Position numbers and translations under genes: made by a program
The notes under the pieces: generated by a model
What the model was told of the DNA's origin: nothing
Databases searched by the model: none
Seen by the model: only the letters and a program-made list of their open reading frames with translations
In this document: positions 46,108-52,597 of the stretch, in pieces
Numbering within the stretch: the stretch's first letter is position 1
How the letters are laid out: each line of letters starts with the position of its first letter
Source: an uncultured Pseudomonadales bacterium
GTDB lineage: Bacteria > Patescibacteriota > Microgenomatia > UBA1400 > UBA12108
Direction of reading: 5' to 3'
NCBI GenBank assembly: GCA_964349305.1
Contig: CAYGFS010000003.1
Location: forward strand, 1 to 52,597
Length of the DNA: 52,597 bases

Positions 46108-48705
46108 ATGCAAGATTGGGCTGGGACATGGAAAAATCGCAGTATGGGCAGGACGCGACGCTTTGGCAAGATCAAATGGGACAAGCAAACCATCCTTAAA
46201 TATCTCGGGTTGACTGCCCTATTTGGGACGCTCGGCGGCCTTTTTCTCATGCTGATTATGTTTGCTTGGTTTGCCCGCAGCCTGCCGGATCCCAACAAAA
46301 TTGTGCGCCGGGACGGCTATTCCACCAAGATTGCCGATCGCGATGGTGGGACTCTATATGAGCTTTATACCGACTACAACCGGATCCCGATCAAGATCGC
46401 GGATGTGCCCAAGCAGCTGCAAGAAGCCACGATCGCGATCGAAGATAAAGAGTTTTATACCCACCAAGGTTTTAGCGTCTGGGGGATGATAAGAGGGAGT
46501 CTGCGGGGGATTACCCGGGGGCGCGCCCAGGGTGGTTCTACCTTGACTCAGCAACTTGTAAAGAATGTCTTACTAACTAGCGAGAGGTCGTTGCCGCGCA
46601 AGTTTAAAGAGCTGGTCTTGTCCATGCAGATCGAGCGCAAGTTTAGTAAAGACGAAATCTTGCAGATGTATTTGAACGAAGCTCCCTACGGTGGGACCGC
46701 AATTGGGATTGCGGCAGCCAGTGAGAGATACTTTGGGATAGAGCCCAAGGATCTCAACCTAACCCAATCGGCAATTCTGGCTGGCATGCCCCAAGCCCCT
46801 TCCCGCTACTCTCCTTACGGTAGTGACAAGCAGGCCTATGTGGCACGGTCGACGGCGGTACTGCGGCGGATGCGAGAAGATGGCTATATTACCAAGCAGC
46901 AAGAAGAAGAATCGCTTGCACAGCTCCCGACCATCGAGTTTAAGGAGCAAAATAGTGCCCTGAAAGCCCCCCACTTTGTGTTTTATGTTAAAGACCAGCT
47001 GGTCGATTTGTTGGGGGAGGCAGTTGTCGAACAGGGTGGCTACACCGTGACGACTACGCTAGACTCAGAACTCCAAGACTTTGCTCAGGAGACGGTCAAG
47101 GAAGAAATTGATAAACTCGAAAAAGTCCACGTGACCAATGGGAGTGCCATGGTGATGAATCCGGAAAACGGCGAGATCCTGGCCATGGTGGGATCGAAAG
47201 ATTATTTTGCGCCAGATTATGACGGTAAAGTGAACGTGGCGATGGCGCTGCGCCAGCCGGGCTCGGCAATCAAGCCTGTCACTTATGCCACGGCGTTTGC
47301 TAAAGGCTACGCCCCTTCTTCCATGCTCCTCGATGTACCTACCAAATTCCCCGGAGGTAAAGAGGGAGAGTTTTATGAACCGAAAAATTACGACGGCAAG
47401 TTTCATGGTCCCATCCAGCTGCGTTTTGCCCTAGGATCATCACTCAACGTTCCAGCGGTCAAACTGCTCTCTCTGGTTGGGCTCAAAGACATGTTACAGA
47501 CTGCCTATGACATGGGCTTTGACAGTCTCGAGCCCACGGCGGAAAACATGAAGCGGTTTGGGCTAGCAGTCACCCTGGGTGGAGGCGAGGTGCGTCTCTA
47601 TGACCTGGTGCACGCCTATTCGGCCTTTGCCAATGGCGGTGAGCGGGTGGAGCCTGTTTCAATCCTGAAAGTGGTGAAAGACGGCAAGACGCTGTATGAA
47701 GCGAAGCAAGCCAAGAAGCAGCGGGTACTGAGCGAAGATGTCGCCTTTCTGGTCAACCATGTTTTGTACGATAATAATGCCCGACTCCTCACTTTTGGCG
47801 CCAATAGTTTCCTCAATATGTCTGGCAAGTCGATCGCGGTGAAGACTGGTACAACCAACGACAAGCGTGACAACTGGACGATTGGATGGAGTACCAAGGC
47901 TGTTGTGGGTGTGTGGGTAGGTAATAACGACAACTCGGCCATGAAGGAAGTGGCCTCGGGTGTGACTGGAGCCTCCCCTATTTGGCGCAAAATCATGCTC
48001 AAAACCTGGGATAAATATAAAGGTGATGACTTTAAAGCACCGTCTGGGGTTGAAGCTAAGCAAGTTGACACAGTTTCGGGGTATCCCGAGCACGATGGCT
48101 ATCCTGCCAGAGCTGATTATTTTGTGAAGGGCACGGCCCCCACTGAACCTGACCCCATCCATACGAAAGTGAAGATTTGCCGTAGCGATAACAATAAACT
48201 AGCCAGTGCCATCGATATTGCGCGCGGCGAGTATGATGAGAAAGAGTTTTATGTACTCAAGCAAGAAAGTAATGCGTGGGAGAATGATATTTGGGCTTGG
48301 ATCGATAGCCAGGGAGAAGCCAAGTTCAAGGTCCCGCGGGAAGAATGCAGTGCCGATACCGACACAGTGATTGGGTTTGAAAAACCGGGTAATCACGAGA
48401 AATTGAGCAGCAATACTTTTGAAGTGAGACTGCGCATTACTACCAGCAAGGAAATCGAATGGGTGAAGCTATATGTGGACGGCTCCCAGCGAGAAACCTT
48501 TGGGGGTGAAAAACTGGTGAGTACCACGATCACAGTGGACAACAATAAGGCGTATGAGCTCAAAGGTGTAGTGCGGACCAAGGACGGACAAGAGAAAGAA
48601 AATGTCATTAGGATCGGAGTGAACGTCGACTGGGATTACGCTCCTTCCCCTAGCCCCTCACCTAGTCCGTCGCCAAGCCCAAGTGGAATAGTGGTATTAC
48701 CCTAA
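46108..48705 (+). CDS. class A penicillin-binding protein (PBP1A-type transglycosylase/transpeptidase)
   Basis: GT51 motifs (EDKEFYTHQGF, GGSTLTQQL, RKFKE), transpeptidase motifs (SAIKP, KTGTT). The C-terminal extension ends in (PS)n. The track ORF starts at the TTG at 46102; the ATG is at 46108. Confidence 0.92.
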   Translation: MQDWAGTWKNRSMGRTRRFGKIKWDKQTILKYLGLTALFGTLGGLFLMLIMFAWFARSLPDPNKIVRRDGYSTKIADRDGGTLYELYTDYNRIPIKIADVPKQLQEATIAIEDKEFYTHQGFSVWGMIRGSLRGITRGRAQGGSTLTQQLVKNVLLTSERSLPRKFKELVLSMQIERKFSKDEILQMYLNEAPYGGTAIGIAAASERYFGIEPKDLNLTQSAILAGMPQAPSRYSPYGSDKQAYVARSTAVLRRMREDGYITKQQEEESLAQLPTIEFKEQNSALKAPHFVFYVKDQLVDLLGEAVVEQGGYTVTTTLDSELQDFAQETVKEEIDKLEKVHVTNGSAMVMNPENGEILAMVGSKDYFAPDYDGKVNVAMALRQPGSAIKPVTYATAFAKGYAPSSMLLDVPTKFPGGKEGEFYEPKNYDGKFHGPIQLRFALGSSLNVPAVKLLSLVGLKDMLQTAYDMGFDSLEPTAENMKRFGLAVTLGGGEVRLYDLVHAYSAFANGGERVEPVSILKVVKDGKTLYEAKQAKKQRVLSEDVAFLVNHVLYDNNARLLTFGANSFLNMSGKSIAVKTGTTNDKRDNWTIGWSTKAVVGVWVGNNDNSAMKEVASGVTGASPIWRKIMLKTWDKYKGDDFKAPSGVEAKQVDTVSGYPEHDGYPARADYFVKGTAPTEPDPIHTKVKICRSDNNKLASAIDIARGEYDEKEFYVLKQESNAWENDIWAWIDSQGEAKFKVPREECSADTDTVIGFEKPGNHEKLSSNTFEVRLRITTSKEIEWVKLYVDGSQRETFGGEKLVSTTITVDNNKAYELKGVVRTKDGQEKENVIRIGVNVDWDYAPSPSPSPSPSPSPSGIVVLP

Positions 48706-48710
48706 CTAAG

Positions 48711-50579
48711 CTAAGATTTTGAGTCGATATTTAATTTGTCTTTGAGGGTTTTGAGGATGAGGTCTTTTTCAACATTGATAGCAGGAGTGTCTTGAGCCCA
48801 AGTGATTCTAAGTAGATAATTATTTTTTCCACTAATTTCGCTCGGTGTGCCAACTGACTCCATCTTATCCCAAGTATTTGGAAGACTAGATATACAGGTT
48901 ACTATATCAAAATATTTTATTCCGTTGGGTGCTAACAAAGAAAGATCTCGGGAAGTGGGGTGAGAAAATTCTGAGACTATCCCAGTGTATGATTTGGTTA
49001 GTGGCATAAGGGCGTCAGTGACGAGCGTGTAGCTGTTGGCTGCGACAGTACCCACTAGCGCATCGCTCACAATGATTTCGTTTTTTTGGTTGATTTGATA
49101 GCTTTCGATACCGAGGGAGCTGAGAAGTGTTGAGAGAGAGTCTGCTACTCCAGAATGCGACGGGAACATGACGGTGAGCAGACGACCCTCAAGATATTTG
49201 TCCGCTGACTGACGGAAAACTTTGCCGATTTCAAAAACGGCGGTGTTTGTTTGTTTGTGTTTTTTGTAGGTAGAGTGAACGTGAGTTAGACCACCCAGGA
49301 GATCGTGGCGCAGCGCGTTTTGATCGCTGGAGAGAGCATTGGCCAGCACGACTTCGTCCTTTTGGCCGGTTGCGGCAGTCAGCGAGCTGGTAATGTGTTC
49401 GTGTGCTCCTTGCGCTACCATGAGGTCACGCAGGCGATCTTCAAGGCGGTAGATAGGGGGCGTGATATCACGGGGAACAGGAGTACTCAAGGAGATTTGG
49501 GGGATACCAGTGTAGTTGTGGATGCGCAAAATGTCCGAGATGAGATCGTCTTCCACCTCGACGTCGGTGCGAAAATAGGGTATCTCCAGTGTCAGCTCAC
49601 TATCATTTTCCTCAGTGATCACGTATTCGAGGGATTTGAGGATTTTTTTGGCGGTTGAGAGTGGGATGTCCATGCCGGAGAGGAGGTGGAGACGACTCAA
49701 GCGCAAAGTCATAGTTTTGGGTACAACAGGAGTGGGATAATAATCACCGTTCGCGTAATAGGTCCCGCCGGCGATTTCCAGGATCAAATCTGTTGCTCGT
49801 GCAAGTGCTAGGTCGATGGCGCGGGGGTCAAGGAATTTGTCGTTGCGACTGACCGATTCGTTTAAAATCTTGAGCTTGCGCGATACGGCGCGGATGGTGC
49901 GGGAGTCATAGCTGCCGGAATCGAGCACGATGTCGGTAGTACTATCTGTGACACCGGTGTTTTTACCACCGACAATCCCGCCGATCACGGTGACTTCACC
50001 GCCTGAGGTGAGAACAAACGCATCGCTATTTAGTTTGACTTCAGTACCGAGCAAGGTGGTGAGTTTTTCGCCGTTTTTGGCCAGGCGAATAGTAATATCT
50101 CGTCCTTTTAACTTGGCGATATCTTGGGTGTGCAATGGTTGGCCGTACTCGATCATGACAAGATTGGTGATGTCGACGATGTTGTTGATGGACTCCATAC
50201 CATAAGTGGTTAAGCGATCGATGATCCACTGGGGAGATTTGCCCACTTTGATGCCCTTGAAAACACGGGTCTGGAAACGTTTGACGGCGGGCGTGTCGAC
50301 GGTGACTTTGATATGCTCGGCAGCAGGAAGTGACTTACCCGGTTTCGTCGAGAACTTTGGGAGTTTGAGAGGGATGTCTTCAAAAGCTGCTAGGTCACGA
50401 GCGCAACCAATCATAGAAAGCCAATCGGAGCGATCCATACGGTGCTCTAGGTCGAGGACATTTTTGTCGTCCAGTGGTTTGTCTAACATAAGACCGAGCT
50501 GAGTAAAACTAGCCGCTACTTCTTTAGCCGACTTGCTGGTTTCGACGTAGTCTTTGAGCCACACGAGAGGAATTTTCAT
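48711..50579 (-). CDS. pheT: phenylalanyl-tRNA synthetase beta subunit (short form)
   Basis: Starts MKIPLVWLKDYV. A B3/B4 domain is present (NNIVDITNLVMIEYGQPLHTQD), followed by B5 and a C-terminal FDX-ACB-like domain. At 622 aa it has no room for a B2 OB-fold. Confidence 0.9.
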   Translation of the reverse strand: MKIPLVWLKDYVETSKSAKEVAASFTQLGLMLDKPLDDKNVLDLEHRMDRSDWLSMIGCARDLAAFEDIPLKLPKFSTKPGKSLPAAEHIKVTVDTPAVKRFQTRVFKGIKVGKSPQWIIDRLTTYGMESINNIVDITNLVMIEYGQPLHTQDIAKLKGRDITIRLAKNGEKLTTLLGTEVKLNSDAFVLTSGGEVTVIGGIVGGKNTGVTDSTTDIVLDSGSYDSRTIRAVSRKLKILNESVSRNDKFLDPRAIDLALARATDLILEIAGGTYYANGDYYPTPVVPKTMTLRLSRLHLLSGMDIPLSTAKKILKSLEYVITEENDSELTLEIPYFRTDVEVEDDLISDILRIHNYTGIPQISLSTPVPRDITPPIYRLEDRLRDLMVAQGAHEHITSSLTAATGQKDEVVLANALSSDQNALRHDLLGGLTHVHSTYKKHKQTNTAVFEIGKVFRQSADKYLEGRLLTVMFPSHSGVADSLSTLLSSLGIESYQINQKNEIIVSDALVGTVAANSYTLVTDALMPLTKSYTGIVSEFSHPTSRDLSLLAPNGIKYFDIVTCISSLPNTWDKMESVGTPSEISGKNNYLLRITWAQDTPAINVEKDLILKTLKDKLNIDSKS

Positions 50580-52318
50580 AGGTAGACTATTTCACCTCCG
50601 TAAAGCTTGCGGATGTCCGTGATGCCGTATTTAGACATGACGAGGCGGTCGAGGCCAAGGCCGAATGAATAACCCGTGTAGATTTCCGGATCGATTCCGC
50701 ACGATTTATAGCAGTTGTAATGGGTCATGCCAGATCCCAGTGTTTCAATCCAACCACGATATTTACATACCTGGCAGCCTTTGCCGCCACAAAATCTACA
50801 TTGCATATCGACTCCCATGCCGGGACTCACCTCAGGATAATATTTGTAGCGGAAGCGGAGTTTGACGTCGGCGCCAAATAAAAACTGATGTAATCCCGTG
50901 AGCATGTCTTTAAGGTGGCCGATGGTAACTCCCTTGTCTACCACAAATCCCTGGTATTGGTAGAAGAAAGCGCTGTTGGTGGAGTTGGTAGTTTCATTTC
51001 GATAACATTTTCCAGGAACAACGACGCGGAGAGGTGGTTTGTAGTTGGAAAGCACCCGCGTTTGGATCGAGGAGGTGTGTGTACGAAGAAGTAAATTTGG
51101 TTCTTGGATAAACAGTGAGTCCTGTAGATCGGTGGCGGGGTGGCCCTCAGGGAGGTTGAGACGGCGGAAGTTATACTCGACGTCCTCAATCTCTGGTCCT
51201 TCGCCAATAGAAAAGCCTTGGTAGCGGAAAAATTCGTTCATTTCGCGGATAATGACGGTGGTGGGGTGGAGGCGGCCGATCGGGTGAGGGGTACCAGGGA
51301 CAGTTAGATCTAGACCACTGATTTGAGACGAGGCGGCAAGCTCGCTTTTTTTGTTGGCGATTTGCTCTTCTTGGGATTTTTTGAGTTCGTTGAGCAGTGG
51401 GCCGAACTTTTGTTTGTCCTGCAGGGCCAGGCCCTGCAGGCTCTTGAGTAGCTGGGTAGTACTCCCCTTTTTGCCAAGGTATTTGAGATATAGTGAGTCT
51501 AGATCAGTTTGATTTTTAATCGATTCGAGATCAGCTGTGAACTGCGGACCAATTTCAGATATTTTTTCTGGAATATTTACAGCACTACGATAATTCGAAT
51601 TATCGTAGTGTTTGGCCATTGGTTGCGTGGTCGTGTAGTGGACAAGTGTGGAATTGTTTGTGTGTTCGATGTTGGAAACGGTAATGGGCCAAATATCATC
51701 GCCGGTCTTGAGCTGGGTACCGCCGTCGGGGATATGATAATCCTGACCAATGCTCAAAACACGGAGTTTTTTGCTGGTGGGGAGCTTGGCGGGGAGCCAA
51801 TTGGACAGCTTTTTAAGTTCTTCGAGAGTCACAAATTGAGTTTTGATCTCGGGTTTAGCGGTGACAAGCTTGGTGAGCTCTGTGTTTAACTGGTCTAGAT
51901 CTAAATTTTGTATTCCTTCGAATTCGATAAACAGCTTTTTGCCAATGCCGTGCATCCCGCGAATGGGAATAAGTTGTGGATAGATAGTCCGCGTGACCAG
52001 ATCTACCAGGTGGCCGGCAGTGTGCCACTGCATATGTTTGAGGCGAAGAGGCCAGTCGATGGTAAGCTCGACGCTTTGACCGACAGTGAAATCACCCTTC
52101 ATGGTGCCTAAGTGTTTGATTTGCCCACCGTTGTATTCGACAGACTTGACGCTTAACTCACCCGAGGCTGATTTAATTGTGCCCTTGTCTGACTGTTGGC
52201 CGCCACCCTGGGGGTAAAAGATGGTTTGGTCGAGGATTGCGTAGGTATTCCCTACTGCAATCACCTTAGCCGTAGCTTTGGATTGATACGAATTGGTTAA
52301 ATAAAGTGCTTCGGTCAT
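50576..52318 (-). CDS. pheS: phenylalanyl-tRNA synthetase alpha subunit fused to an N-terminal AlaX-like domain
   Basis: The C-terminal ~340 aa is a full PheS (LGKKGS.., HPTTVIIREM, class II core GFGLGLDRL). The N-terminal ~240 aa matches the AlaX-M pattern (LYLTNSY.., ILDQTIFYPQGGGQQSDKG, HTAGH). Confidence 0.9.
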   Translation of the reverse strand: MTEALYLTNSYQSKATAKVIAVGNTYAILDQTIFYPQGGGQQSDKGTIKSASGELSVKSVEYNGGQIKHLGTMKGDFTVGQSVELTIDWPLRLKHMQWHTAGHLVDLVTRTIYPQLIPIRGMHGIGKKLFIEFEGIQNLDLDQLNTELTKLVTAKPEIKTQFVTLEELKKLSNWLPAKLPTSKKLRVLSIGQDYHIPDGGTQLKTGDDIWPITVSNIEHTNNSTLVHYTTTQPMAKHYDNSNYRSAVNIPEKISEIGPQFTADLESIKNQTDLDSLYLKYLGKKGSTTQLLKSLQGLALQDKQKFGPLLNELKKSQEEQIANKKSELAASSQISGLDLTVPGTPHPIGRLHPTTVIIREMNEFFRYQGFSIGEGPEIEDVEYNFRRLNLPEGHPATDLQDSLFIQEPNLLLRTHTSSIQTRVLSNYKPPLRVVVPGKCYRNETTNSTNSAFFYQYQGFVVDKGVTIGHLKDMLTGLHQFLFGADVKLRFRYKYYPEVSPGMGVDMQCRFCGGKGCQVCKYRGWIETLGSGMTHYNCYKSCGIDPEIYTGYSFGLGLDRLVMSKYGITDIRKLYGGEIVYL

Positions 52319-52349
52319 ACTATTTTCCTATTTTATACTAAACAACTAC

Positions 52350-52373
52350 AAAAAACCCCGCTTGTGGGCGGGG
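52350..52373 (-). terminator. intrinsic terminator in the pheST leader
   Basis: The minus strand reads CCCCGC-CCACAA-GCGGGG followed by UUUUUUG, about 30 nt before the pheS ATG. Confidence 0.7.
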
Positions 52374-52597
52374 ATTCGTAAGTTGCTATTTGTAAAAATT
52401 ACGCAACAAACGCCCCGCTGGTAAAGTGGGTAAACCCGCCTGCAACAGCTGTGCCGTAAGCACTGCGGGCAGGTGAAAATTGCTTTGTTTGTATGTGTGA
52501 CATTATTTTGAAGTATATACCCCTAGATACGCCAAAAGCAACCTTCCAGTCAGCAAACCCTTATTAGTGGGAATGTGCGGATGGTTGCTTCTCGCAA

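Noticed and set aside
52319-52541. T-box riboswitch upstream of pheS
   Set aside because: There is no AGAGAG bulge or distal-loop motif, no specifier-loop AGUA/GAA context, and no UGGN T-box sequence. A leader-peptide attenuator or a simple upstream-gene terminator fits better.

Overview
This 52.6-kb segment is a compact chromosomal region made mostly of housekeeping genes. Gene content and compaction suggest a Patescibacteria/CPR-like or similarly reduced monoderm-type bacterium, but that is inference only.

Genes I can support:
- Replication and DNA: dnaB, gyrB-ppa-gyrA, a holB-like gene and recG.
- RNA and translation: tRNA-Leu(CAA), an RluA-family synthase, queA, rpsP, rnc, a nusB-like gene, rpmF, tyrS and pheS-pheT.
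- Envelope: lgt, lspA, an LCP-like protein, a murF-like ligase, ddl and PBP1A.
- Other: yebC, a Xer-type tyrosine recombinase, a Fic AMPylase and a DUF3800 protein.
- A complete type IV pilus locus with no secretin in the window: pilB-pilT-pilC, major pilin, pilD, seven pilin-like genes, a pilX-like gene and pilMNO.

I saw no rRNA gene and no CRISPR array. TGA is used as a stop codon, so the standard code applies.

Most unusual observations:
1. An intact RAYT (IS200-like Y1/HUH transposase) gene carries four 100%-identical copies of a 20-nt REP-like hairpin. Two of the copies lie inside its own reading frame. The same element is translated in frame inside queA, and degenerate copies build the 5' extension of gyrA. 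This resembles the in-frame palindromic elements of Rickettsia.
2. A promoter-driven structured leader of about 360 nt, with Stem-I-like T-box motifs and a strong intrinsic terminator, precedes an AT-rich GNAT-M20-tyrS operon.
3. PheS is fused to an N-terminal AlaX-like editing domain whose zinc motif is degenerate.
4. Seventeen genes have a -10-like hexamer 6-8 nt before the start codon, which implies leaderless mRNAs.
5. A 1.2-kb non-coding tract upstream of the recombinase carries iteron-like repeats, a DnaA box and dif-like sites.

All functional calls come from reading motifs by eye. No searches were run.
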